A DNA stretch of 64,000 bases from Longimicrobiales bacterium (GCA_963422615.1 OY730414.1:806001-870000), one strand, 5' to 3'. Positions 1-10,259 are shown, counted from the first letter of the stretch. Program-made: numbers and translations. Notes: generated by a model not told the origin, from the sequence alone.

Positions 1-272
1 GGGCCGGCCGAAGGATGTCCTCCCCACCTCTCGTAGCTCCAGCCGGTCGCTGGCGGCGTCCAGACGCTGGAAGTACTCAATGGATTCCTCGAAGCTGGCC
101 AAATAGAAATCCTCGCCCACCGGGTGCCCCAGCACCGACTCCGGGGTGGGGATTTGGGCATGGAGAGGAAAACAGGAAACGACCGCCAACGCCAAGCCAA
201 CTGTTGTTACTCCGGGATGCATATGGGATTCCCTTCCAGGCTGATGAGCCTCACGCTTGTGTCTACGCCACC

Positions 273-1670
273 TCAAGCCGTGACGATGGGCCAGGCGGGC
301 CAGGAACGCCACCGACCCCGAGTGAAGTCCGGGAACGAGACCGGGGCGCTGCCCCGGGCCACGCTGATTTCGGAAAGTTCGCACACCGCGCTCAGAGCCG
401 CCGCATCGTAGACGTTCATGTCCGTGGGCAGCCCTTCGCGCAGACATTTTACCAGCCGGTAGTCCTCCATGAAATCCATGCCTCCGTGTCCGGCCCCGAT
501 GGAAGCGTCCCGGAGCGCGGTCCACAACGGGTGTTCGAAGGCCTCGTAGTAGGCCTCCGCGTCTTCCCAAAGGTGCTCCGGGCTCCGCCCTTCGATGTAC
601 ACGCGGTCCGGGTAGCCCTGGAAGATCCCCCGCGTTCCCTGCACTTGGTTGATGCGGCTGTAGGGCCGGGGGAGGTTGGTGTCGTGGGAGACGTAGATGG
701 TGCGACCCTGGGCGGTCTTGATGAGACTGCCGTTCACATCCCCCAGGGCAAAGGTTTCCGCCCGCTTCGGATGTCCTTCGGGGTAGTGCGCGGCAGCCCA
801 GTCCTGGAGCCCACGGGACGGGCTGCTCATGGACACCATCGACTCGAATCGGTCCCCCCGGTTGATGTCCATGCAATTGGCGACCGGGCCCAGCCCGTGG
901 GTGGGGTACAGGTTTCCGTTCCGGGTCCAGGCGTGGTCGCGCCGCCACAACCCTTCCCCATCATCGGCGAACTTGATCGCGCGGAGATCGTGGAGATAGC
1001 CGCATTCGGCGTGAAGGACTTCGCCCAACAGGCCCTGCCGGACCAGGTTGAGGCACAGGAGCTCGGCCCGCCCGTAGTTGACGTTTTCCATCATGACGCA
1101 GTGACGAGCGGTTCTCTCGGCGGTTTCCACCAGCTTCCAGCAGTCCTCCAAGGTGTAGGCGGCGGGAACCTCGGTTGCCGCGTGCTTGCCGTTCTCCATG
1201 GCTGCGATGCAGACGGGAACGTGCCAGCGCCAAGGCGTGGCGGTGTACACCAAGTCCAGGTCCTCTTGGGCGCACAGTCGCTCGAAATCGGTTTCCCCCT
1301 GAGTGTAAAGCATCGGCCTTGGATGCCCTGCTTCCTCGATGATGGCAGCGGCCCGCTCGGCGTGGGGAACCCGGATGTCACATACGGCTGTGATCCCGCA
1401 CCCTTCGATTCGCGCCAGATTCCGCACGTGCGCCGTCCCCATTCCCCCCGTGCCCACGAAGCCGATCCGGACCCGGTCAACGGGAGGGGCCGTAAGGGGC
1501 GCGCTGGGCGGGGGCTCCATTCCCCGGGGGACGACGGCCGTTCCAGACCCGGGCGGCGGGGTTCCCGACGGGACAGCTCCAGACCCTGCGCAGCCGGCGA
1601 TCGCGCCCGTGGCTGCCCCCGTAGCCCCCGCCTTCAGGAATTCCCTTCGGTCCATTCTCTCATTACTCAT
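273..1670 (-). CDS. Gfo/Idh/MocA family NAD-dependent glycoside hydrolase (GH109, alpha-N-acetylgalactosaminidase-like), Tat-exported
   Basis: Twin-arginine signal DRREFLK; Rossmann motif GFVGTGGMG; motifs ATPWRWH, MMENVNY, YPTHG and GHGGMD typical of GH109. The start may be 1655. Confidence 0.88.
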   Translation of the reverse strand: MSNERMDRREFLKAGATGAATGAIAGCAGSGAVPSGTPPPGSGTAVVPRGMEPPPSAPLTAPPVDRVRIGFVGTGGMGTAHVRNLARIEGCGITAVCDIRVPHAERAAAIIEEAGHPRPMLYTQGETDFERLCAQEDLDLVYTATPWRWHVPVCIAAMENGKHAATEVPAAYTLEDCWKLVETAERTARHCVMMENVNYGRAELLCLNLVRQGLLGEVLHAECGYLHDLRAIKFADDGEGLWRRDHAWTRNGNLYPTHGLGPVANCMDINRGDRFESMVSMSSPSRGLQDWAAAHYPEGHPKRAETFALGDVNGSLIKTAQGRTIYVSHDTNLPRPYSRINQVQGTRGIFQGYPDRVYIEGRSPEHLWEDAEAYYEAFEHPLWTALRDASIGAGHGGMDFMEDYRLVKCLREGLPTDMNVYDAAALSAVCELSEISVARGSAPVSFPDFTRGRWRSWPAWPIVTA

Positions 1671-1695
1671 GTCAAAATGCGGTTATATTCCGGTC

Positions 1696-2409
1696 ATGAA
1701 GACTCGCCGCTTGTACGGGCGCATCAACAGGGCCGCGGTCACCGTCGTATTTTTCATTGTTGTCCACGGGTGTGCCAGGGGTGGGAGTGGGGCGCCCGGG
1801 TTTGGGACTCGGCCCGGGGCGGCCACAGCGGACAGGCTGGGAGCTCTGTACCTGGCTCGCGCCGACAGTACGCTTCAGGACTTCCACGAGGCCGATGTCC
1901 GCTTCATGACGGGCATGATCGGGCACCACGCCCAGGCCCTGGTCATGGCCGGATTCGCCCCGGGTAACGGGGCGAGCTCGGCGATCCGGACGCTCTGTGC
2001 CAGGATCATCAACGCCCAGACCGACGAGATCGCGGTCATGCAACGCTGGCTGCGGGACCGGGGGCTGGAGGCGCCCAAATTCCACATAGACGGCGACAAG
2101 CTCACGATTCACGGTCCCGGACACGGGATGAACATGCCGGGAATGCTGAGTCCGGAACAACTTCGGGAACTGGGGCGGGCCCGGGGGCCCACTTTCGACA
2201 GGCTGTTTCTGGAGTCCATGATTATGCACCACAAGGGGGCCGTCACCATGGTGCGTACGTTGTTTGCGACCGACGGTGCCGCACAGAATGACTTCGTGTT
2301 CAAGCTGGCCTCGGACATCCACGTGGACCAGGAGACCGAAGTCGCGCGCATGGCGCTGATGCTGGAAGCACTCCCTTCCAGTCCACCCACATCCAGGAAG
2401 CAGAAATGA
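1696..2409 (+). CDS. DUF305 domain-containing lipoprotein
   Basis: Two copies of the DUF305 motif (ADVRFMTGMIGHHAQA; FDRLFLESMIMHHKGAV...QETEV); hydrophobic N-terminus ending in Cys. Start moved to ATG 1696 within ORF 1339-2409. Confidence 0.85.
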   Translation: MKTRRLYGRINRAAVTVVFFIVVHGCARGGSGAPGFGTRPGAATADRLGALYLARADSTLQDFHEADVRFMTGMIGHHAQALVMAGFAPGNGASSAIRTLCARIINAQTDEIAVMQRWLRDRGLEAPKFHIDGDKLTIHGPGHGMNMPGMLSPEQLRELGRARGPTFDRLFLESMIMHHKGAVTMVRTLFATDGAAQNDFVFKLASDIHVDQETEVARMALMLEALPSSPPTSRKQK

Positions 2410-4436
2410 TTTCGATCTTGACCGCGGGCCGCCGCCCGACCCGTTTGCGCATCTTCGCCATCTTTCCATTTGCTGCGGGGCTTGCCTCTCTGGCGGGTTG
2501 CGCTTCTCAGCCGTCAACTACCGGCGGAAGCGTGGCCGTCCCCGCCGCGGAATCCCCGGTTCCCCTTGTGGCGAACCCGCCTTCGCCGGATCCGCGCGAA
2601 GGCCTGTCCCCCGGATTGTTCGACGCCGGGGAGGCCGTGTGGAACCTGCGTATGGTATCGACCACGCCGCCGCCGGACCCCTTTGTGGGCGTGACGAATT
2701 CGGATCTCGCCTTCACCGGCGACTATGCAATTCAGGGAAACTATAACGGGATCCAGGTGTGGGACATCTCCGACCCGGCGAACCCGGAGTCCGTCGTTAC
2801 GCATGTGTGTCCCGCCTCCCAGAGCGACGTTTCGGTGTACGAGCACCTCTTGTTCGTTTCAGGAGAGGGTCTGGGAGGGCGGCTGGACTGTGGGGAACAG
2901 GGGATCGGAGAGGCGGTGAGCCACGACCGTCTTCGGGGTATCCGAATCTTCGACATCTCGGACATCACCCGCCCCGAGTACGTCGCCAATGTGCAGACCT
3001 GCCGGGGCTCCCATACCCACACGGTGCTGAAGCATCCGGGAGACGACGAAAACGTCTACATCTACGTGTCCGGCTCGGCTCCGGTGCGGCCCGCGGAAGA
3101 GCTGCCGGGGTGCTCCGCTGCGCCACTCGGCGAGGACCCGAATTCGGCCCTGTTCAGGATTGAGGTGATTCGGGTGCCTCTTGACGACCCTGAAAGCGCG
3201 GCGATCGTGAGCTCGCCCCGCATTTTCCAGGGTCTGGTGGCTCCGCCGACCCACGGCTTGGCACCGGACGACCTGGCAGTCATTGAGGAAGCGCGAGCCC
3301 GAGGCGCGTTTGTCGTGGAGGTGGCAAACCAGCCGTTCGTACTGCCCGACCCGATGGTCGGCAACATGCTGGACAGCATCGTGACGGCTCGGGGGGGCGA
3401 GGGCGCTCCAACTGCGGCCGACAGCACGGCGCTGCGCAGCGCGCTCCCGCGGATGGTGGCCGAAATGATGGGCCAGCCAGAGGACGACGACGAGGGACCC
3501 AGGCCGGGCCCGACCCAATGCCATGACATTACGGTGTACCCGGCCATCGGCTTGGCTGGGGGTGCGTGCGGGGGCTACGGGCTTCTTCTGGACATTCGCG
3601 ATCCCGTCAATCCGAGACGCCTTGCGGCGGTGGCGGATTCGAACTTTGCGTATTGGCACTCTGCCACCTTCAACAACGACGGAACCGCGATCCTGTTCAC
3701 CGACGAATGGGGTGGGGGTGGACAACCGAAGTGCCGGGCATCGGACCCGATGGAGTGGGGTGCCAATGCCATCTTCACCATTGAAGAAGGAGACATGGAG
3801 TTCCAGAGCTACTTCAAGATTCCCGCTGCCCAGACTCCCCAGGAGAACTGCGTAGCCCACAACGGATCCCTGATCCCGGTCCCGGGCCGGGACATCATGA
3901 TTCAGGGATGGTATCAGGGCGGAATCTCTCTGATCGACTGGACCGACGCCGGAAACCCGACCGAGATCGCGTACTTTGATCGGGGCCCGATAGACGGAAG
4001 CCGCATGAGAATGGGCGGAAGCTGGTCGGTTTACTGGTACAACGGCGTGATCGTCAACTCGGAGATCGCTCGGGGGCTGGATATCTTCGAGCTGATCCCG
4101 AGCCAAGTGCTTACCCGGAACGAGATCGATGCGGCCAATTCGGTTCGACTCACCTACCTCAACTCCCAGGGCCAGCCGATTTTCGAATGGCCGGCCACCT
4201 TCGCCCTGGGGAGGGCGTACCTGGACCAACTCGCGCGTTCGCAGGGACTCCCCACAGATCGGATCGCGGCGGTACGGAGCGAACTGGCAAGAGCCGAGAT
4301 GGTGTCGGGTGCGGCGCGCCAGAACGCCTTGCGCGCGTTGGCCGAAGCGCTGAACGGGGATCGCATCGATTCTCCGGACTCGGCCAAGGTCGCGAAGCTG
4401 GAGGACGCGGTGCGGCGCTTGGCGGAAGGCCCATGA
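2406..4436 (+). CDS. LVIVD-repeat-like secreted beta-propeller lipoprotein
   Basis: ATGA overlap with the DUF305 gene; lipobox LAGC; repeats IQVWDISDP, IRIFDISDI, LLLDIRDP; motifs GSHTHT, CHDITV, CVAHN. Confidence 0.75.
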   Translation: MISILTAGRRPTRLRIFAIFPFAAGLASLAGCASQPSTTGGSVAVPAAESPVPLVANPPSPDPREGLSPGLFDAGEAVWNLRMVSTTPPPDPFVGVTNSDLAFTGDYAIQGNYNGIQVWDISDPANPESVVTHVCPASQSDVSVYEHLLFVSGEGLGGRLDCGEQGIGEAVSHDRLRGIRIFDISDITRPEYVANVQTCRGSHTHTVLKHPGDDENVYIYVSGSAPVRPAEELPGCSAAPLGEDPNSALFRIEVIRVPLDDPESAAIVSSPRIFQGLVAPPTHGLAPDDLAVIEEARARGAFVVEVANQPFVLPDPMVGNMLDSIVTARGGEGAPTAADSTALRSALPRMVAEMMGQPEDDDEGPRPGPTQCHDITVYPAIGLAGGACGGYGLLLDIRDPVNPRRLAAVADSNFAYWHSATFNNDGTAILFTDEWGGGGQPKCRASDPMEWGANAIFTIEEGDMEFQSYFKIPAAQTPQENCVAHNGSLIPVPGRDIMIQGWYQGGISLIDWTDAGNPTEIAYFDRGPIDGSRMRMGGSWSVYWYNGVIVNSEIARGLDIFELIPSQVLTRNEIDAANSVRLTYLNSQGQPIFEWPATFALGRAYLDQLARSQGLPTDRIAAVRSELARAEMVSGAARQNALRALAEALNGDRIDSPDSAKVAKLEDAVRRLAEGP

Positions 4437-4480
4437 TGTAACAGCAGAATCGACCGATCCAGCCCCGGGGGAGAGTACGG

Positions 4481-5236
4481 TCAGGGCACCTCGATCGATA
4501 TCCCAACCCGGAAGGTGACGAGATTCGTTTCGCTCAGGACGGGACGGACGACCCACGAGCCCCTGCGCGATTGATGCAAGTCCCCTTTGGTCAGGTACTC
4601 GGTCTGTCCGTGGCGCTGGTATAGTGCCGACACGTCCAGGGAAACGGGTTTCTGTCCGCTGGACAGCCGGATGGCAAGACCACCCCCGGCCGTCAAGGCG
4701 AGGGACAGATCGTCAAAGTTGGTCGTAGAGGCGAATTCCTCAAAGTCGGAGGTCCCGCTCACCCCCGTTTTGGTTGCAAAGTACGAAACCCCCACGGTGC
4801 CGAAGATGTAGGGCCGAAGGGCTCCCTGCGCCAGGAAAACCTGGGGGCCTACTCCTGCAGAAGCGATATAGTTGGTGGTCCGCACATCAACATCCACAAA
4901 GGGAATTGTCGGACTCAGTGGGGCCTGAAAGGAATCGGTGCCGTAGATGATGAAGGCCCCTTCCATACGGAGGGCGGCGATTCCCTCCCCGCCCAGGTAG
5001 ATCAAGCCCCCCAGTCCTCCCCCTCCTCCGAGATCTACGTGGTCCCCGAACTGGCCGACGGGAACGGCCAGATTGCCGTTGAAGAAGAAACTGCCCCGGA
5101 TCGGTTCCTGCGCTTCGACGCAACTGTGGCATTTCCCCAAAGATCCGGCGGGGCCTGCGGCCGTCAGTGCCAAATCGGCGAGGATCACAACTCCCGCCAT
5201 CCCGACGATTCCAAACTTGCTTGTCGCTCCAAACAT
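4481..5236 (-). CDS. outer-membrane beta-barrel protein
   Basis: Signal-like N-terminus from ATG 5236; alternating amphipathic strands; C-terminal FRVGISI strand. Confidence 0.65.
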   Translation of the reverse strand: MFGATSKFGIVGMAGVVILADLALTAAGPAGSLGKCHSCVEAQEPIRGSFFFNGNLAVPVGQFGDHVDLGGGGGLGGLIYLGGEGIAALRMEGAFIIYGTDSFQAPLSPTIPFVDVDVRTTNYIASAGVGPQVFLAQGALRPYIFGTVGVSYFATKTGVSGTSDFEEFASTTNFDDLSLALTAGGGLAIRLSSGQKPVSLDVSALYQRHGQTEYLTKGDLHQSRRGSWVVRPVLSETNLVTFRVGISIEVP

Positions 5237-5496
5237 CGTTATCGCTCCTGCTCCGGGGTGCCGATGTTGCCGGTGATTTTCTCGGTCCGTGCGTCGGGCC
5301 TCCCGTGCACCCGCGCCCCAATGGCGTCTCACGCCGGGCCCGTTACGGCGAGGATATACCGCCGGACCCGAGCGTTTGTTTCAAAGGGGCGTCGTTTCCA
5401 TCGGGAAGGCTCCCCGACCGGTGGCCCCCTACCGTTGGTCCGATTCCCGCCGGTCCGATACGACACCGACCAGGGTGCCGGTCGACTTTCCGCCGT

Positions 5497-6681
5497 CTAC
5501 GGTTCGACGGCGTCGTCCGCCAAGCTGGGTGACCTCAAAGCATCGGTCAACTCCTCCAGGACTTCCGGGTCGGTTTCGGTTTCGAGCCGGTCCGCCAGGG
5601 CATTCCGGGCTTCTGCCGATGCGATCCGTCCCAACGCCCACGCGGCGTGACCTCGAACCAGGGGAACGGGATCGACGAGGGCGGCCACCAGTACGGGAAC
5701 GGCGCTTTCCGAACCCCAGTTTCCCAGGGCCACGCACACGCTCCGAAGCAGGCCCTTCCGGCCCGCCCGCAAGATCGGAGAGCGGCTGTACTCCCGTCGG
5801 AATCCCTTGCCCGACATGGAAAGGAGATGGCGGGCCAGGTCGATGAGCGGGAGTCCGTCGAGCCCCTCCCGGGGCGTGTACGCAGGCTCCTTTGCCGGGG
5901 TGGAGAACTTCTCGTTCCAGGGACACACCTCCTGGCAGATATCGCAGCCGAATATCCGGTTGGCGATCGCCGGACGGAGTTCCCGAGGGATGGGGCCCTT
6001 GAGCTCGATCGTCAGATACGAGATGCAGCGGGAAGCATCGATGATCGGAGCGCCCCCGTCGTCGTATCCCAGGAGGGCTCCCGTCGGGCAAGCCCGAATG
6101 CAGCGGTTACAGCTTCCACAGTGATCCTCACGAAACGGGACGGAGGGGGAGAGAGGCAGGTCGGTGAGCAAGACACCCAGAAAAAAGTAGGAACCCCGTC
6201 GGGGGTGGATCAGCATGGTGTTCTTGCCGAACCAGCCCAGTCCGGCGCGCCGGGCGAGCTCCCGCTCCAGGATGGGTCCGGTGTCCACGTAGGCACGCCG
6301 CTGCACGGGGCGTCCGGCGGCGGTTTCCAGGCGACGGCCCAGCTCCTCCAGGCGGGCCCCCATCACGAGATGATAGTCGAGTCCCCGAGCGTAGCGGGCG
6401 ACCCCGGCGGCGGACGGGTCGTCGGATGAGGCGGTCGGATCCGGATCGGCATAGGAGTGGGCCACGACCACGGCACTCTGGAAGTCGGGCAATGTCGCTT
6501 TCAGATCAGCCCGGCGCGCGACCGTGTCGGGCCGGGCCAGGTACGCCATGGTTCCGTGGAGCCCGGATTCGATCCACTGGCGAAAGCGGACCATGTGGTC
6601 GCTACGGCTGCGGGTCACCACGCCGGCCATGTCGAACCCGAGGACTCGGGCCTCCTCGGCGACTGTCTGTTTCTGGTCCAT
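5497..6681 (-). CDS. queG: tRNA epoxyqueuosine(34) reductase with C-terminal HEAT-like repeat
   Basis: ARYARGLDYH, YVDTGPILER, GLGWFGKN, CGSCNRCIRACPT, RCISYLTIE, FGCDICQEVCPWN. Start at ATG 6681 (MDQKQ). Confidence 0.95.
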   Translation of the reverse strand: MDQKQTVAEEARVLGFDMAGVVTRSRSDHMVRFRQWIESGLHGTMAYLARPDTVARRADLKATLPDFQSAVVVAHSYADPDPTASSDDPSAAGVARYARGLDYHLVMGARLEELGRRLETAAGRPVQRRAYVDTGPILERELARRAGLGWFGKNTMLIHPRRGSYFFLGVLLTDLPLSPSVPFREDHCGSCNRCIRACPTGALLGYDDGGAPIIDASRCISYLTIELKGPIPRELRPAIANRIFGCDICQEVCPWNEKFSTPAKEPAYTPREGLDGLPLIDLARHLLSMSGKGFRREYSRSPILRAGRKGLLRSVCVALGNWGSESAVPVLVAALVDPVPLVRGHAAWALGRIASAEARNALADRLETETDPEVLEELTDALRSPSLADDAVEP

Positions 6682-6806
6682 GGGGCCGTCGCGTCCGAAG
6701 GTGAAGTCGCTGAACGACGGAGTCCTCCACGTGGAAAAGGAGGGTAGTGGGGACCGCTGGAAAATGGGAATATCGAGCTGCGTAGGTCGCCCAACGAAAC
6801 AAAAGG

Positions 6807-6879
6807 CTCCCGCGGCAGGACTCGAACCTGCGACCCGACGGTTAACAGCCGTCTGCTCTACCAACTGAGCTACGCGGGA
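6807..6879 (-). tRNA. tRNA-Asn (anticodon GTT)
   Basis: Reverse complement TCCCGCG TAGCTCAGTTGGTAGAGC A GACGG CTGTTAA CCGTC GGGTC GCAGG TTCGAGT CCTGC CGCGGGA G gives a full 73-nt cloverleaf. It is followed by CCT, so CCA is not fully encoded. Confidence 0.97.
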
Positions 6880-6984
6880 CCGAATGATACAGCCCGGTAA
6901 GGTGGCCCTGGAAGGGAACGGAGTCAATCCCCGGTTTGTCCAGGGTTCCTCCATCGCCGGGAGGAGGACGGGAGACTGGCGCCC

Positions 6985-8025
6985 TTATATGTTGAACCGG
7001 ATGCGGAGAATGTCCCCGTCCTGTACCGGATAGCTCTGCCCTTCCACCCGAAACCGTCCGGCGTCCTTCACGGCCTGTTCGGAACCGCACGCCGCGAGGA
7101 CGTTGAAGGGCGTGACCTCGGCCCGGATGAACCCGCGCTCCATGTCGCTGTGGACCCGGCCGGCGGCGGACCGAGCCGGGGTTCCCCGCCGAATCGTCCA
7201 GGCCCGAACCTCCTCCTTGCCCACCGTGAAGAACGACACCAAGTCCATGAGGCCGTAGGCGGTTCGAATGAAACGGGGAAGCACGGGCTCGGAGAGACCC
7301 ATCTCCTCCACAAAGGCGCCTTGGTCTTCCGGTTCAAGACTTGCGATCTCGGCCTCGAGGCGGGCCGACAAGACCAGCCCCGCCCCGCCGACGGACTCGA
7401 TCTCCTTCAACAGACGAGGCTCTGCGGGATTTCCGACGCGCTCCTCGTCCGTGTTCACCACGACCAGGAAGGGCAAGTCGGTCAGCAGTCCGTAGCCCCG
7501 CAGAAATCCGCGATGAAGCTCGGAAGGCGCCATCCGCCTCAGGGGCCTCTCCGCTTCCAGGGCGTCGGCCATAACCTCAAAGGCCGCGATTTCCCGGACG
7601 TCCGCCCGCTCTTTGCGCGCTCGCTCCAAGCGCCGCTCCACGACACCGAAGTCCGCAAGGACGCACTCTGCGTGAAAGGCTCGGAGGTCGTCAAGGGGGG
7701 CCGGTTCACCTTCCAGGACGGGGTTCCGAAAATCCCGCAGGACGAGGCAAAGGGCGTCCCGGTCCCGGATTTGTTGCAGGGTCTCGGGCGAAAGAACCTG
7801 CTTTCCGGCACCGGGCTCCCCCGGGACATCCCGAAAGTTGAGGGTCGCGTAGGTGGTCTTTCGGGGAGAGAAGATTGCCGAAAGGGCATCGACGCGAGGG
7901 TCCGGGACCCGAACCGTGCCGAGGCGCGCCTTCCCCCCGTACCCTGTCGGCGTGTCCAGTCCGGTCAGGGCGTTGAAGAGCGTGGTTTTTCCCGACTCCG
8001 CAAAGCCCGTGAGTCCGAACCTCAT
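6985..8025 (-). CDS. ychF: YchF/OLA1-family P-loop NTPase with TGS domain
   Basis: GFAESGKTTLFNALT, VPDPRV, SFFTVG..EVRAWT, AGRVHSDMERGFIRAEV, VEG..Y.VQDGDI..RFN. Confidence 0.88.
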   Translation of the reverse strand: MRFGLTGFAESGKTTLFNALTGLDTPTGYGGKARLGTVRVPDPRVDALSAIFSPRKTTYATLNFRDVPGEPGAGKQVLSPETLQQIRDRDALCLVLRDFRNPVLEGEPAPLDDLRAFHAECVLADFGVVERRLERARKERADVREIAAFEVMADALEAERPLRRMAPSELHRGFLRGYGLLTDLPFLVVVNTDEERVGNPAEPRLLKEIESVGGAGLVLSARLEAEIASLEPEDQGAFVEEMGLSEPVLPRFIRTAYGLMDLVSFFTVGKEEVRAWTIRRGTPARSAAGRVHSDMERGFIRAEVTPFNVLAACGSEQAVKDAGRFRVEGQSYPVQDGDILRIRFNI

Positions 8026-8399
8026 AGTGTACGACGCCTTGTCATCCGACCACCCACGGATCCAGGTTGCCCAGAGGCCGGAGGAGGAGTTTCCAAGCCT
8101 CGTGGAAGATGGAGAGAGACCGACGTTACGGCAGCCTTCCCTAGGCTGGCAACCGATAAGAAGGACAATACCGATGATTGAAGCCGGACGGAAATGTCAC
8201 GTTTCGGCAAAGCGGGGACCCTCGAGTAGTCGCGCGGTGACGATGCGATGGCGGAACGAGCGAACATTCACATGGATGAGCACCAGCGCGACGGATACAA
8301 TGCCGTTCGGGTTTCGACCCCAAGTCTACAACACGACCTTTCGAGATTGACCGATGGGTCGAGAGTTGCAGGCCGTGCGGGTCCAGCGCCAGACAAGTT

Positions 8400-8434
8400 T
8401 TCACTGCCACCGAATTCACTGCCACTGTAATAAT
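8400..8434 (+). promoter_or_regulatory. 11-bp direct repeat next to a -10-like element, upstream of the acetamidase gene
   Basis: TTCACTGCCAC at 8400-8410 and 8415-8425, then TAATAAT at 8428-8434 and an RBS (GGGAGG) before ATG 8452. Confidence 0.4.
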
Positions 8435-8451
8435 TAGGGAGGCCCATTGCC

Positions 8452-9510
8452 ATGTTTGCTTCGTCCGAAACCCCGGCCCAGCCTTGGAAGTTCGCCGCCA
8501 CTGTTGCGGCTTGCATCGTCCTTCCGGGGTCGGTCATGTCATCTGCCTGCAGCATCGAGCCCATCGTGCAAGAACCAGAGGAGGAAGACGGGACCCAAGC
8601 ACCTGACTTCATCCTCGGCTCCGAGAGCACTCATAACCGATGGAGCGCGGCGATTCCGCCGGTCCTCACCGTGCCGTCCGGGGCCGTCATAGAGGTCCGG
8701 ACCAAGGAGGCGTCCGATGGCCAGATTACCGAGGCGACGAGGCCGGAGGAACTGGCCAACATAGACTTCGACCCCGTTCATCCGCTCACCGGACCCGTGT
8801 ACGTTGAGGGCGCCAAGCCCGGCGACCTACTCGCCGTGACCCTTCACGAGATCGAAGTCGAAGATTGGGGATGGGCTGCCATCATTCCGGGCTTCGGCTT
8901 CCTGGCCGACGAATTCACGGAGCCCTGGGTCCGGGGATTTGCCATGGATCCCGAGACCTCCGAAGTCCGCTTCAACGACAGCGTCACCCTTCCGCTGGCT
9001 CCCTTTGCCGGGGTCATGGGGGTGGCGCCGGACACGGATTCCATGCTCGTGACCATTCCGCCCAGGAGGAACGGGGGCAATATGGACAACCGTCACATGA
9101 CCGTAGGAACGACGGTCTACTTCCCGGTTCAGGTGGAAGGGGCGCTGTTTTCCATCGGCGATACCCACGCGGCCCAGGGGGACGGCGAGGTTTCGGGAAC
9201 CGCCATCGAGGCCCCGATGCGGATCGTGTACGAGGTGGAGGTGCTGGAAAACATTCGGGGGATGGTGGAGCCCCAGTATGAGACCGACGAGTACTACGCA
9301 GTCACCGGCTTCGCCACCACGATCGACGAAGCGGCCCGGAAGGCGACCCGCTACATGATCGACTATTTGGTGGCGGAACACGGGCTCACTCGGATGGAGG
9401 CCTATGTCCTCTGCTCCCTGGCGGGAGATCTGAAGATCTCGGAGACGGTGGATGTGCCCCACATGCTCGTGAGCATGCACATGCCCAAGTCCATCTTCGC
9501 GGCCCGGTAA
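8452..9510 (+). CDS. acetamidase/formamidase family protein (probable lipoprotein)
   Basis: HPLTGPVYVEGAKPGD, GGNMDN, GDTHAAQGDGEVSGTAIE, AYVLCSLAGDL; signal-like N-terminus with Cys. Confidence 0.92.
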   Translation: MFASSETPAQPWKFAATVAACIVLPGSVMSSACSIEPIVQEPEEEDGTQAPDFILGSESTHNRWSAAIPPVLTVPSGAVIEVRTKEASDGQITEATRPEELANIDFDPVHPLTGPVYVEGAKPGDLLAVTLHEIEVEDWGWAAIIPGFGFLADEFTEPWVRGFAMDPETSEVRFNDSVTLPLAPFAGVMGVAPDTDSMLVTIPPRRNGGNMDNRHMTVGTTVYFPVQVEGALFSIGDTHAAQGDGEVSGTAIEAPMRIVYEVEVLENIRGMVEPQYETDEYYAVTGFATTIDEAARKATRYMIDYLVAEHGLTRMEAYVLCSLAGDLKISETVDVPHMLVSMHMPKSIFAAR

Positions 9511-9623
9511 GCCCCGGGGGACCGCACCTATACCCGTCGGTGCGCCTTGGCCGCGTCCCTGGGGCCGGCCCGGATCCCGATAGTGGCGGGGCGCTGCCCC
9601 CCTATCCTCATTGCCGAAACGAC

Positions 9624-10259
9624 ATGGAAACGAAAGTCGGCGCCGAAAAGAAAACGGAAAGCTGGTGGGCCGAAGGACTCCTCTTCGAGAACTGCAATTG
9701 CACTGCGGTGTGCCCCGGCCACATCCACTTCAAACAGAAATGCACTCATGAAGTCTGCCACGGCTTCTGGGCGATCCGGTTCCAGGCCGGGTGGGTGGAG
9801 GGGGTGGATCTTTCGGGGGTGGACGCGGTGGTGGTCTACGAGACCCCCCAGGTGATGATCGAAGGTGGCTGGAAGCAGGTAATCATCATTTCGGATCAAG
9901 CGACGCCGGGGCAACGGCGGGCGATCGAAGCGATCCTCATGGGGGTGAAGGGGGGCCCCTGGAAGATTCTGGCCGGGTTCGTCTCCGAATCCCTGCCTTC
10001 CCGAACGGCGCCCGTGCGAATCGAAGAAGCGCCGGGGAAGAAGTCCGTCACGGTTGAGGGAATCCTCCGCGGCGCTGTCAAGGCGATCCGGGGCCGGGAC
10101 CGAAACCACCCTGTCACTTTTCGCAACATCTACAATCAAATCCATGACACCCGGCAGACCATCGCGCTGGGTTCCACCCACTACGACGACGGGGGACTCG
10201 TGATCGAAACCCGGGGAACCCACGGCCTCTGGTCCCGGTTCCGCTGGGCCGGGGGTTGA
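9624..10259 (+). CDS. DUF1326 domain-containing protein
   Basis: W..EG..FENCNC...CP N-terminal Cys motif, GVDLSG, M.EGGW, QR.AIEAI..G..GGPW. Start taken at ATG 9624. Confidence 0.8.
   Translation: METKVGAEKKTESWWAEGLLFENCNCTAVCPGHIHFKQKCTHEVCHGFWAIRFQAGWVEGVDLSGVDAVVVYETPQVMIEGGWKQVIIISDQATPGQRRAIEAILMGVKGGPWKILAGFVSESLPSRTAPVRIEEAPGKKSVTVEGILRGAVKAIRGRDRNHPVTFRNIYNQIHDTRQTIALGSTHYDDGGLVIETRGTHGLWSRFRWAGG

Noticed and set aside
15..1967. Long alternative ORFs (e.g. 15-1967, 2859-4556, 15904-17286, 23405-25615, 41412-43208, 47234-49147)
   Set aside because: Antisense or shadow frames of well-supported genes, expected in high-GC DNA; no recognisable motifs.
6682..6954. N-terminal extension of QueG in the ORF track
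   Set aside because: It runs through the tRNA-Asn gene; homology begins near Met at 6681.
6780..6990. Integrative element at tRNA-Asn
   Set aside because: No integrase nearby, and I noticed no duplicated tRNA 3' end in the window.
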